A stretch of 64,000 nt of DNA from an uncultured Anaerolineaceae bacterium (GCA_964387775.1 CAYLZO010000002.1:8003-72002); one strand, 5' to 3'. Shown: positions 32,558 through 41,165, counted from the first letter of the stretch. Notes: generated by a model not told the origin, from the sequence alone. Numbers and translations are program-made.

Positions 32558-33808
32558 CTACCGTGGATAGAGTCTGGGATGAAAATCGGCATCCGGCCAG
32601 TCCAGGTGATCGCTCTCTTCGTACGCGACGTTGTGCGAGATCACGGACCGGTCATCCTTCTTGGCCAAGATGACGTCCGACTCGATGATTCTGGCCGGAT
32701 AAATGGTCAGGTCGGCGCCAATGCGGCAATGGTGGCCGACGCAGCCGCCCAGCACCGTCGCCCCCACGTCCTCCAGGTGATCCCGGTGGATGGTGCGCAG
32801 GGGCTTGGGAATCAAGTTAAAATCGGTAAAGGTCGTGCCTGCGCCAATAAAAGAGTCGCGGCCCACGACGCAGAATTGCAGGCAGGCGTTCTGGGCCACC
32901 ATGGTGTCTTCCATGAGCGTGCTCATAAAGAGTGAGGATCGGAAGGGCAGATAGCAGCGGTCGCCGATCACGCTGATGAGCAGTTCATTGCCGTGCAGGA
33001 TGCTGACATTGTTGCCGATGATGCAATTCGAAATGGTCACGCCGGCCCCAATGTAGACGTTGTCGCCGATGATGGTTGGCCCCTGGATCACGGCGGTCGG
33101 GTCGATCTGGCTGTTGCGGCCGATCTCGACCATGTGGGAATTGCTCAGGAATTGCTTTCGCTCCAACAGCGAGCGCCAAAAGACCTTGAGTTGCATTCTG
33201 AACCTGCTGAGGCTGCGCTCCATGCGCGCGCCCTCGGCCAGGACGCCAAAGAGGCAGTTGGTGACATAAATGTGAACCCAGTTCTCGATAGAGAGGAAGG
33301 CGCGGGTGGGGATCTGAAAGACCAGGTCGCCCTTGGCCGTGGACATGTGGGTGGGCACCCGATAGGAGCCGAACTCGTAGGCGCCGCAGTCGACAACCAG
33401 GGGGCGGGTCATCTCCTCCAGCCCCCGGGGATAGTACCACATGTTGCCGACGTAGACGTCCCCTTCGCGGCGGATGCCGCTCTGGAGGGTGAGGGCGTGG
33501 CTGGTGATGACCTTGTCGTCCAGCGAAAAGGCGACGCGGCACGCTTTGCCCAGGGATCTGGCTTTGGAGAGGAAGGCCTCGATGAATGCCTCGTCGAAAA
33601 AGAGGTTGTCGCGATAGACGAGGGTCTCCTCGTATTCGCCGTTAGGGATCTGCTCAAAAAAGTCTACTTCGATCTCGGAGCCGGTGTAGGGGGCCAGTAC
33701 GTCTTTTTGGTGGAGCCAGAGGGGCTTGTTGAGTACTCTCAGATCGCGGGCAGGCTCGTTGAACGGAGGTATCTTTCGTTTGTCCCGAATGATGACCTTT
33801 CTCATCAC
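32558..33808 (-). CDS. Left-handed beta-helix (hexapeptide-repeat) transferase-like protein with an uncharacterised N-terminal domain
   Basis: 416 aa. Hexapeptide run IDPTAVIQGPTIIGDNVYIGAGVTISNCIIGNNVSILHGNELLISVIGDRCYL, and later GAGTTFTDFN ... GHHCRIGADLTIYPARIIESDV. Confidence 0.55.
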   Translation of the reverse strand: MMRKVIIRDKRKIPPFNEPARDLRVLNKPLWLHQKDVLAPYTGSEIEVDFFEQIPNGEYEETLVYRDNLFFDEAFIEAFLSKARSLGKACRVAFSLDDKVITSHALTLQSGIRREGDVYVGNMWYYPRGLEEMTRPLVVDCGAYEFGSYRVPTHMSTAKGDLVFQIPTRAFLSIENWVHIYVTNCLFGVLAEGARMERSLSRFRMQLKVFWRSLLERKQFLSNSHMVEIGRNSQIDPTAVIQGPTIIGDNVYIGAGVTISNCIIGNNVSILHGNELLISVIGDRCYLPFRSSLFMSTLMEDTMVAQNACLQFCVVGRDSFIGAGTTFTDFNLIPKPLRTIHRDHLEDVGATVLGGCVGHHCRIGADLTIYPARIIESDVILAKKDDRSVISHNVAYEESDHLDWPDADFHPRLYPR

Positions 33809-33813
33809 GGTGC

Positions 33814-34470
33814 TTAATCCAATGGCCGCTTGTCAATGACGTAGGTACACGTTGCATCCCCTTTGGCGATGCAGAGCGTCTCCTCCACCCGCATGTTCTT
33901 CCCGCCGGTGACCCAGTGCAGGCCCTCCAGCAGGAGGCCCAGGCCGCCGTGGCAAATCGGGACGTCCGATTCTCTCTGCCAGCACACGGGGCAGCGGTCG
34001 ATGTGATAGAGAAAGTGATCGACCTCTTCTTCAACCCGGACGATCTGGTCGCTCGTTTTGTTAAAGGTCTCGGCCATGGCGTTGAGGCCCACTTTCATCT
34101 TCATGCCCAGGGGCAGCAGACGAAAGGCCAGGTCGGCGACGCCCAGGACGGCACCAAAGTCCTTGAGGGCGTAGTAGAGTCCCGCTCGCCCGGCTCGAAC
34201 GGAAAGCCCCTTGCCTCCGCGCGGGCCGTACATGTCGTCCAGCGCCTGGTTCAGGGCCCCCATTTCCTCAAAACTCCAGCCGAGGTCCAGGTTGTTGGGC
34301 GGATAGTTGTTGATGAGGTGACGCAACTTGGCCAAATTGAGGACCGCGTTCACCCCGTTCTTGCCCATGACGTCTTCCAGGGCGAGGAGGTACATCCGCC
34401 CCATTTTGTTGGGCCAGTAATACTGCTCGGTGGATTCCGCTTTGATCTGTTCGTCGTTGGTCATCCTCAC
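33814..34470 (-). CDS. V4R (4-vinyl-reductase) small-molecule-binding domain protein
   Basis: 218 aa. C-terminal V4R signature: IDRCPVCW ... ICHGGLGLLLEGLHWVTGG ... VEETLCIAKGDATCTYVI. Confidence 0.7.
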   Translation of the reverse strand: MRMTNDEQIKAESTEQYYWPNKMGRMYLLALEDVMGKNGVNAVLNLAKLRHLINNYPPNNLDLGWSFEEMGALNQALDDMYGPRGGKGLSVRAGRAGLYYALKDFGAVLGVADLAFRLLPLGMKMKVGLNAMAETFNKTSDQIVRVEEEVDHFLYHIDRCPVCWQRESDVPICHGGLGLLLEGLHWVTGGKNMRVEETLCIAKGDATCTYVIDKRPLD

Positions 34471-34477
34471 TTGCCTT

Positions 34478-35260
34478 TCAATTAGCCAGGAAGCTCAGGA
34501 GAATTGGATAAAAGTCCTCCGGTTCATCCAGCATCGGGAAGTGGCGTGAACCCGCCATCAACTCCACGCGGGAACGCGCGACGCGACGGAACAATTCTGC
34601 CTGTCTGGGGTCGACGATCTTGTCGCCCTGCCCGTAGACGCCCATCGTTGGCATGCGCAAGGTACCCAGCCGGGGACGCAGGTCGGTGCGGTGGAGGGAG
34701 TGGATGCTCCATAGAAAGGATTCCAAGGTCATTTTGGACAGATCGCCCATCAACAAGTCGTACCAATCGCTCCAGTTGGCCGCGATCCAGGGCGCAAAAA
34801 GCTTGATGCCCAGGCGCAACAGCGCCGGCGAGTTCCAAACCAGGAACGCGATCCACGGCTGGCCTGCCAATTTGAGAAAGACGTTCAACGAGCGGCCGTC
34901 TATAGGCGAGCCGACGACGGCTACCTTTTCCACACGTTGCGGGCGATCGAGGGCCAGGTTCAGCGCGACGGTGCCCCCCATCGAGTGGCCAATGACCGGC
35001 GCACGCTGGATGCCCAGCCTTTCCATAAACTGATCCACCAACGCGACAAAATCCGAGACGTTGTAGCTTTCACGGCGCTTGTCCGATTCACCAAACCCCC
35101 AAAAGTCGAGGGCGTAGGCCCGGTATCGCGAGGACAGGGCCTCCATAGTGCCCAACCAACAGCCCCACGAGCCCAGCCATCCGTGAAGCAGCACGACCGG
35201 TTTGCCGCGTCCATAGGTTTCGTAATGGACGACGCCTTGGTTAGTAACGATGGAGCTCAA
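34478..35260 (-). CDS. Alpha/beta hydrolase (canonical Ser nucleophile), paralogue of 7700-8491
   Basis: 260 aa. Motifs are HGWLGSWGCW, GHSMGG, GQGDKIV and SRHFPMLDE. Alignable end to end with the 263-aa protein at 7700-8491. Confidence 0.85.
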   Translation of the reverse strand: MSSIVTNQGVVHYETYGRGKPVVLLHGWLGSWGCWLGTMEALSSRYRAYALDFWGFGESDKRRESYNVSDFVALVDQFMERLGIQRAPVIGHSMGGTVALNLALDRPQRVEKVAVVGSPIDGRSLNVFLKLAGQPWIAFLVWNSPALLRLGIKLFAPWIAANWSDWYDLLMGDLSKMTLESFLWSIHSLHRTDLRPRLGTLRMPTMGVYGQGDKIVDPRQAELFRRVARSRVELMAGSRHFPMLDEPEDFYPILLSFLAN

Positions 35261-35317
35261 AGTCTCTCCTTCTCAAGACATATTCGTTCCCAGACAGTCC
35301 CTGCGGCTTCCTCCAGG

Positions 35318-35689
35318 TCAGATCAATCGGCTCAAATCCTCGGCGGCGCGGCGCATGTCCAAAAAGACCAAGCCCAGCTTGGCATCTTTGTGAGCCAGTA
35401 CGGTGAGTACGGCGTCTTCTCCGACTGAAGTCAGGATCACGTAGCCGTTGGCGCCCCGGATGTAGACCTGGTCCAGGATCCCCCGCCCCAATTCGCCCGC
35501 AATTCGCTCGCCCAAGCTGAGCATGGCCGCACTCATGGCCGAAACCCGGTCTTCTTCCACGTCCGTGGGGAGTGCGGAGGCGATGATGAGCCCGTCGACG
35601 CTCACCACGGCGGAGGCCTCAATATCGGGCGTGCTGATTTGTAGATCTTTGAGGCGAGCTACCATCTGTTCCGTGCGTGATCGTGTCAT
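35318..35689 (-). CDS. Roadblock/LC7 (MglB-like) domain protein
   Basis: 123 aa. Motifs IEASAVVSVDGLIIASALP ... MSAAMLSLGERIA ... GYVILTSVGEDAVLTVL are typical of Roadblock/LC7. Confidence 0.8.
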   Translation of the reverse strand: MTRSRTEQMVARLKDLQISTPDIEASAVVSVDGLIIASALPTDVEEDRVSAMSAAMLSLGERIAGELGRGILDQVYIRGANGYVILTSVGEDAVLTVLAHKDAKLGLVFLDMRRAAEDLSRLI

Positions 35690-35735
35690 TTGTTATTGCT
35701 CCTTCCTTCGTTCAAAATAAACTCGTTTCGGTTGC

Positions 35736-36266
35736 CTATTCGGGGGTCTTGTCCAGTATGGTATAGAGCAGCTCCAATAGAACTCGTTTTACACTTTCTT
35801 TTTCCGTTGCTACACAAGGCAGCAATTTGATGTCCGGCCGGACCTTGAGGGCGATGCGCAGGTCTTCAGGGGGCCAGGCGTCCTCCATGTCCTGCTTGTT
35901 GGCGGCGACGACGTAGGGGGTATGGGCGTAATTGCGAAAGATGTCCAGGATGCGGCGCGCTTCGCGAAAGGTCTCAGGGCGGACACTGTCCACCAAAACG
36001 ACAAAGCCGAGCATGCCTTCGGAGAGGATCTCCCACATAAAATCGAAGCGTTTCTGGCCGGGCGTGCCAAATAGGTAGAGGACAAGGTCTTCGTCCACTG
36101 CGATGCGCCCAAAGTCCATGGCGACGGTGGTTTCCCGTTTGATCCGGGAGGTGGCGTCCGTGATCTTGCGCTCGGTGGATACGACGTCAATCTCGCTAAT
36201 GGTGCGAATGAATTCGGTCTTGCCAGCGCTAAAGGGGCCGGTAATAACCATCTTTACTGTTTGCAT
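35736..36266 (-). CDS. MglA/CvnD-like small GTPase (ATP/GTP-binding protein)
   Basis: 176 aa. G1 is GPFSAGKT, G3 is LFGTPGQ (lacks the canonical Asp, as in MglA-type GTPases), and G4 is ANKQD. Confidence 0.8.
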   Translation of the reverse strand: MQTVKMVITGPFSAGKTEFIRTISEIDVVSTERKITDATSRIKRETTVAMDFGRIAVDEDLVLYLFGTPGQKRFDFMWEILSEGMLGFVVLVDSVRPETFREARRILDIFRNYAHTPYVVAANKQDMEDAWPPEDLRIALKVRPDIKLLPCVATEKESVKRVLLELLYTILDKTPE

Positions 36267-36369
36267 CTTTGCATCAACCTTGTCCTATATCACCAATGAT
36301 CTAGTAAGCCGAATGCTTCAACTTGGGACGGCATCCCGGCCGATCCTGGGATGCTGCCCATGCACTCCC

Positions 36370-37197
36370 CTAAAGCCGCTTGATCCGGTCGATCAGCTTG
36401 TGGATGACGGATCGTTTGACCGCCGGCGGCCGCGAGATGACCTTTTCCATCGCGGCGGTTGGGGCTCTGCGCGGTTTTGCGCCTTCCGGTTCTATGATCT
36501 CAACCAGGCCGGCCTGCAAGAGCCCATAGACGATCTTGCGGATCTGGAAATCGTCCATCCCGATGCGCTGGCCGATCCGCTTGATGGAGTTTTTGGGATT
36601 GATGTAGGAGATAACGCGCCACTCGTCTACGCTCAGGTTGATGTTACGCAACTGGGCCTGGGGGCGGTCGGTGAATTTGAGCGCCATCTCCAGATCGGGC
36701 AGTTCGTCCTGCAGCCGCTCCCATTCCTTGACCCGGCGGCTTCCTTCCAGGATGATGTTCTCCAGGTCTATGGAGACGGTGATGGCGTCGTTGGCCGGCA
36801 ATTGGTTGGGCTCAAAGTGGAACAAGCCCTCGGTCCACGTAAAGAGGCTGTAGACCACGTCCAGAAAGTCGCTGCGGACACTGTTCAGGATGTCCGACTG
36901 GCTGACGTGACCAGCGCTGATGAGGAGCATTCCCAGCTCCTTGTCGGTCTTGACGCCGGCTCGCTCCCGGATCACCCTGGCCTGCTCGCGGGTCAGCTTT
37001 CCGCCCCGGGCCAATACGCTGGCCAAGTGCGAGTCTCTGCCGCTTGCCGTGGCGTAGACCAACTTGCCCTCGCGAAAAAAGAGGGTTGTCACGCCCGGCT
37101 GGACCTGTGTCGTCAGGGCACCGGTCTTGCGTGCCAGGTGGATCAGATTCAAGAGCTGTGTCGTGCTAAAGTCTCTGAGGTTCCCTTTCAGCGCCAT
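36370..37197 (-). CDS. DUF4388 (PATAN-like) domain protein with a C-terminal winged-helix-like segment
   Basis: 275 aa. The N-terminus LKGNLRDFSTTQLLNLIHLARKTGALT is the typical DUF4388 opening. The C-terminus LSVDEWRVISYINPKNSIKRIGQRIGMDDFQIRKIVYGLLQAGLVEI looks like a wHTH (DUF742/CvnC-like). Confidence 0.7.
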   Translation of the reverse strand: MALKGNLRDFSTTQLLNLIHLARKTGALTTQVQPGVTTLFFREGKLVYATASGRDSHLASVLARGGKLTREQARVIRERAGVKTDKELGMLLISAGHVSQSDILNSVRSDFLDVVYSLFTWTEGLFHFEPNQLPANDAITVSIDLENIILEGSRRVKEWERLQDELPDLEMALKFTDRPQAQLRNINLSVDEWRVISYINPKNSIKRIGQRIGMDDFQIRKIVYGLLQAGLVEIIEPEGAKPRRAPTAAMEKVISRPPAVKRSVIHKLIDRIKRL

Positions 37198-37281
37198 CTC
37201 GACTTATCCTTTGATTCGTTGTCGGCCCTGGCCTCATTTCTCGGTCAACGGCCATCCTCGGTGCTGACCTTGCTGCCGCCC

Positions 37282-37310
37282 ATTATACCTTGTCTCCAAG
37301 TATAAGTCAA
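37282..37310 (-). promoter_or_regulatory. Near-consensus sigma-70 promoter driving the minus-strand supercluster
   Basis: Minus strand reads TTGACT (37310-37305), a 17-nt spacer, then TATAAT (37287-37282). It lies about 85 nt upstream of ATG 37197. Confidence 0.6.
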
Positions 37311-37382
37311 CTGCTCTTTCGGTTCTTATCCCCGCGATCGCCGATTTCTTTGAGGTGCAGTCTGCTGCTGCCCCTTGCGGAT

Positions 37383-37412
37383 TTGAAGGAAGGGGCGGAC
37401 GTGTGTTATAAT
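37383..37412 (+). promoter_or_regulatory. Sigma-70-like promoter (extended -10) for the DUF3048 gene
   Basis: TTGAAG (37383-37388), an 18-nt spacer, then TGtTATAAT (hexamer 37407-37412). It lies about 60 nt upstream of ATG 37475. Confidence 0.5.
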
Positions 37413-37474
37413 GACCGGCACTCAGGTCCCATTGCCGTCGAGATGAAGGGAATGCCGATGGAGGATGAGAGAGA

Positions 37475-38770
37475 ATGGACCCAAAACAGACGGGGCGATT
37501 GAGATTTGCTGTCTTGACCGTGCTCTTGGTGCTGGTCACGGCCTATGTCACTGCCTGTTTGCCTTCAGAAACGGCCAGCGTCACGCCGACACCCACCAAG
37601 ACCTTGCGCCCGGCCAAGACCGAGGTTTCGGTCCTTCCGACCTCAACTCATACGCCACCGGCCACGGCGACACCTACGGCCGCCGACCAACCCCTGGCTC
37701 AGATTACGACTGAGCCTCCAACCGAGACCCCCTCGCCCACAGCCAAGCCGACCGAGAGCCTGGACCCCACGCCGACGCCCTGGCCAACCCTGGCCGCCGA
37801 CCTCTGCCCCCTGACCGGCCTGCCGGTGGACGATCCGGCCCGGCTGGATCGCCGGCCCCTGGCCGTCAAAGTACAGAACGCACCCATCTCCCGCCCCCAG
37901 TACGGCCTGACCCAGGCCGACATCGTCTACGAACACCTGTCAGAGGCCGGCATCACCCGCTTCACGGCCATCTACTTGTGCCAGGAGGTGGACAAGATCG
38001 GCTCGATCCGCAGCGCGCGCTTTATCGACCTGGAGATCCCGGCCATGTACGAGAGCTTGACGGCGTTCTCCGGGACCAGCGCCGGGCTCTATCCCAAGTT
38101 TCTCAACGCCGATTTCTACGACCGCGAGTTCTGTTACGGCTGGGGCCTGCATCCGGAGGGCTTTTACCGCGACAAGGAGCTTCGCCAGCAGGGCATCCCT
38201 ATTGAGCACACCCTCTTTGCCGACCCGGTCAAGATCTGGAAGATCGCCGACGAGCTGGGCGTCAACGAGCGGCAGACCCTGGACGACATGAACTTTGCGG
38301 CCGAGGTGCCCGAGGGCGGGCAGCCGGCGACTCACATTTACCTGCCCTTCCCCCACAAGGACATGATCGTGGACTATTACTACGACGAGGCGCTGGGCGC
38401 CTACCTGCGCTGGGATGGCGGCAAGCCTCACGTGGACGCCGAGACGGGGGAGCAGATCAGCGCCACCAACGTCGTCGTGGTCTATGCCACGCACGTGGAT
38501 ACCGACATCTACGAGGACGAACCCCGGCGCAACCACCCCTCGGTCCAGATCCAGCTTTGGGGCACCGGACCGGCCGTCCTCTTTCGCGACGGACAGGCTT
38601 TCGAGGGCTTGTGGGCGCGGCCGGAGCGCGATCACATGCTTGTACTCCGCGACGCGGCGGGCCAGGTGCCCATCCCGCTCAAGCCGGGTAACACCTGGTT
38701 CCAGCCCGTCCCGCTGCCCGGCCATCGCTGGGCGTTCGAGGCATCGTGGGATACTGAGGAGCGACCGTGA
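37475..38770 (+). CDS. DUF3048 (YerB-like) lipoprotein
   Basis: Signal peptide with a lipobox-like VTAC, then a Pro/Thr-rich linker. DUF3048 core: RPLAVKVQNAPISRPQYGLTQADIVYEHLSEAGITRFTAIY. Confidence 0.75.
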   Translation: MDPKQTGRLRFAVLTVLLVLVTAYVTACLPSETASVTPTPTKTLRPAKTEVSVLPTSTHTPPATATPTAADQPLAQITTEPPTETPSPTAKPTESLDPTPTPWPTLAADLCPLTGLPVDDPARLDRRPLAVKVQNAPISRPQYGLTQADIVYEHLSEAGITRFTAIYLCQEVDKIGSIRSARFIDLEIPAMYESLTAFSGTSAGLYPKFLNADFYDREFCYGWGLHPEGFYRDKELRQQGIPIEHTLFADPVKIWKIADELGVNERQTLDDMNFAAEVPEGGQPATHIYLPFPHKDMIVDYYYDEALGAYLRWDGGKPHVDAETGEQISATNVVVVYATHVDTDIYEDEPRRNHPSVQIQLWGTGPAVLFRDGQAFEGLWARPERDHMLVLRDAAGQVPIPLKPGNTWFQPVPLPGHRWAFEASWDTEERP

Positions 38771-39186
38771 TGATTGTAACAGGGCGGATCAAGTTGAATA
38801 CGCAGGGCCACGGCGACGTCATCGACATAACGGGTGAGGTGAATCGTGAGATCCGGGAGGCGGGCTTGGGCGATGGGACCGTGACGGTCTTTACGCCGAG
38901 CTCTACCAGCGCATTGACGACCATCGAGTACGAGTCGGGGGCGGTGCACGATCTGCAGCAGTTGTTCGACCGCATCGTGCCGCCGGATAGGGAGTACCGG
39001 CACAACCTGCGGTGGGGTGACGGAAACGGCCACTCCCACGTCCGCCATGCACTGCTGGGGCCATCGCTCACCGTTCCTTTCGTCGACGGGCGCATGACGC
39101 TGGGCACGTGGCAGCAGATTGTCTTTGTCGATTTCGACAACCGCGCCCGATCCCGGTCTCTGGTCGTCCAGATCATGGGCGAGTGA
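38770..39186 (+). CDS. YjbQ/UPF0047 family protein (secondary thiamine-phosphate synthase family)
   Basis: 138 aa: VIDITGEV ... GTVTVFTPSSTSALTTIEYESG ... GNGHSHVRHALLGPSLTVPF ... LGTWQQIVFVDFD. ATG overlaps the upstream TGA (TGATG). Confidence 0.8.
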   Translation: MIVTGRIKLNTQGHGDVIDITGEVNREIREAGLGDGTVTVFTPSSTSALTTIEYESGAVHDLQQLFDRIVPPDREYRHNLRWGDGNGHSHVRHALLGPSLTVPFVDGRMTLGTWQQIVFVDFDNRARSRSLVVQIMGE

Positions 39187-39389
39187 GCCTGACGGCGGCC
39201 AGGACCTGGTTCGCTTTTCGATTGTTAAAGAGCGGATCCTACGCGCCCCATCGGGCTTTGTAGGCATTTCAACCGAGTGAAAGCAGGTCAGATTCATTAT
39301 AGCACACGGCCAAGGGGCGGACAATAGGCTTTTGGTATTAAATGAAGGTACTACCTCAAGAACCTGGGGTGTAGGCTGAGAGGGGGCAT

Positions 39390-40058
39390 TTGAACAGAAT
39401 GGCTGAGAAATCCGCTGCGGACCTCCATTCTCAGCGTCAGCCCGAGGCCTGGCTGCACGAGCGGGCCAGGCTGGCGCCTCGCTTGCGGATCGAATCTTCC
39501 CCCTGGGTTCGCAGCGTGTTCGAGCACGCCTGGGCGCCGATGCAGGCGCTCACAGACCACTTGCGCTGTCTGCCCGATGCGGTTTGGGATTACTTGTTGA
39601 GCTGTGACGGAGGGTTTGCCCTGATCGGTGTGGGGGAATCCCACTACGAGCCGGGTCCCGCGCGGATTCGGCGGCTCGCGGTGCGAAACGTGGCCCACAT
39701 CTCGGTGGAAGACCTGGCCGACGAAAACGAGCGGCCGCTGCACGTCCTGGGCCACTTGCTCGATCACCATTTGGGCTGTGGGGGCGCGCCGGAGGGTCCC
39801 TGGCTCTCCGATGGGGGCGGCCTGGTGCCCCGCTGGCGGGAGGCGGGCGCCCGGCTGCTACGCCTCTTCGACCTGGGCTACGGCCCGGACGACGTGGCTC
39901 TGAGCGACGCGCGGAACTACTTTGCCCAATCCCTGGCCTACTATTGCCGCGATCGCCAGCGGTTGAACGTGGCCGATCCCCAGATCTGGAAATGGTTCCG
40001 CAGCACCCTCTGGGACGACGGCTTCTGGCGGGCGGCCAACAACCGGAAGGGAGCGTGA
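39390..40058 (+). CDS. Hypothetical protein
   Basis: 222-aa ORF with coding-like composition and no motif I can name. Preceded by a 200-bp AT-richer spacer. Confidence 0.5.
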   Translation: MNRMAEKSAADLHSQRQPEAWLHERARLAPRLRIESSPWVRSVFEHAWAPMQALTDHLRCLPDAVWDYLLSCDGGFALIGVGESHYEPGPARIRRLAVRNVAHISVEDLADENERPLHVLGHLLDHHLGCGGAPEGPWLSDGGGLVPRWREAGARLLRLFDLGYGPDDVALSDARNYFAQSLAYYCRDRQRLNVADPQIWKWFRSTLWDDGFWRAANNRKGA

Positions 40059-41165
40059 ATGTACGAGACTCGACTGGAAGCTCTGCGAGCGCTGGCCAAG
40101 GCCAACGGCGTCGACTGTGTAGCCTTGATGCCGGGGGCCAATCTGCGCTACTTTACCGGTTTGACCACCCGTCTGAGCGAGCGGCCGACGGTCCTCTTTG
40201 TGCCAACCGAGGGGCCGCTGGCCGTCGTCGTGCCCCAGCTCGAGGCTGCGGCGGCCGAGGATCAGCTACCGGAAGGTGCCCGGCTGTTCGTCTATCGAGA
40301 CGAGGAGGGCCACGAGCATATCTTTTATCAAGTTGCTGAGGCGCTGGACCTGGCCGGCAAGGCCATCGGCGTCGAGTACCTGGCCATGCGCGTCATGGAG
40401 ATGCGGCGGATCGAGCAGGCGGCGCCGGGCTGCCAATTGTTGGCCACCGAGCCGTGGCTGCCCCAGCTCCGCAGGGTCAAGGACGAGGTCGAGATCGCCC
40501 ACATGCGCCGCGCCGTCGAGGTCGCCGAGCGGGCCATGGCGCGCCTGCTCGACGAGGGCGGCATCCGGCCCGGCCGCACCGAGTTGGAGGTGGCCGCTGA
40601 CCTAAAGATCGCCCTGCTGCGAGAGGGGACGCAGGGCGAGCCGTTTGAGCCCCTGGTCGTCGCCGGCCCGAACTCGGCCTTGCCTCACGCCGGCCCGTCC
40701 AACCGGCCCCTGGCCGAGGGTGACCTGGTCATCGTCGATTGGGGGGCGGTGGTGGAGGGCTATCGCTCCGACATCACCCGCACCTTTGTGCTGGGCGAGC
40801 CCACGGCCGAGATGGTCCGCATCCACGACGCGGTGCTGGCTGCCAACCGGTCGGCGCGGCTGGCCGTGCGTCCCCAGATGCCGGCCCAGGAGGTGGATTG
40901 TCTGGCCCGGCGGGCCATCACGTCGGCCGGCTACGGCGAGTTTTTCATCCACCGCACCGGTCACGGCCTGGGCCTGGAGACCCACGAGCCGCCGTACCTG
41001 GTCGAGGGCAACCTGGCGCTTTTGGAGCCGGGCATGACGTTCACGGTCGAGCCAGGGGTCTATGTGCCCGGCCTGGGCGGCGTGCGCATCGAGGACGACG
41101 TGCTGGTCACGCCCGATGGCTCGGAGACGTTGACGACGCTGCGGCGTGGGTTGATTGCCTTGTGA
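40059..41165 (+). CDS. M24 family Xaa-Pro aminopeptidase/dipeptidase
   Basis: Metal-ligand motifs are IVDWGAVVEGYRSDITRT, HRTGHGLGLETHEPPYL, FTVEPGVY and GVRIEDDVLVT. Confidence 0.85.
   Translation: MYETRLEALRALAKANGVDCVALMPGANLRYFTGLTTRLSERPTVLFVPTEGPLAVVVPQLEAAAAEDQLPEGARLFVYRDEEGHEHIFYQVAEALDLAGKAIGVEYLAMRVMEMRRIEQAAPGCQLLATEPWLPQLRRVKDEVEIAHMRRAVEVAERAMARLLDEGGIRPGRTELEVAADLKIALLREGTQGEPFEPLVVAGPNSALPHAGPSNRPLAEGDLVIVDWGAVVEGYRSDITRTFVLGEPTAEMVRIHDAVLAANRSARLAVRPQMPAQEVDCLARRAITSAGYGEFFIHRTGHGLGLETHEPPYLVEGNLALLEPGMTFTVEPGVYVPGLGGVRIEDDVLVTPDGSETLTTLRRGLIAL

Noticed and set aside
38632-39324. 230-aa minus-strand ORF antisense to YjbQ and the end of the DUF3048 gene.
   Set aside because: It is overlapped by two motif-supported plus-strand genes, and its translation is Arg/Pro-rich without motifs.
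40056-40061. The hypothetical gene (39390-40058) and the M24 peptidase (40059-41165) are in the same frame, separated only by TGA-ATG. Given selC in the window, this could be a Sec read-through fusion.
   Set aside because: The 368-aa peptidase is already full length for its family and starts with ATG immediately after the stop, a classic coupling junction. I see no convincing SECIS-like hairpin in the 40 nt after the TGA.
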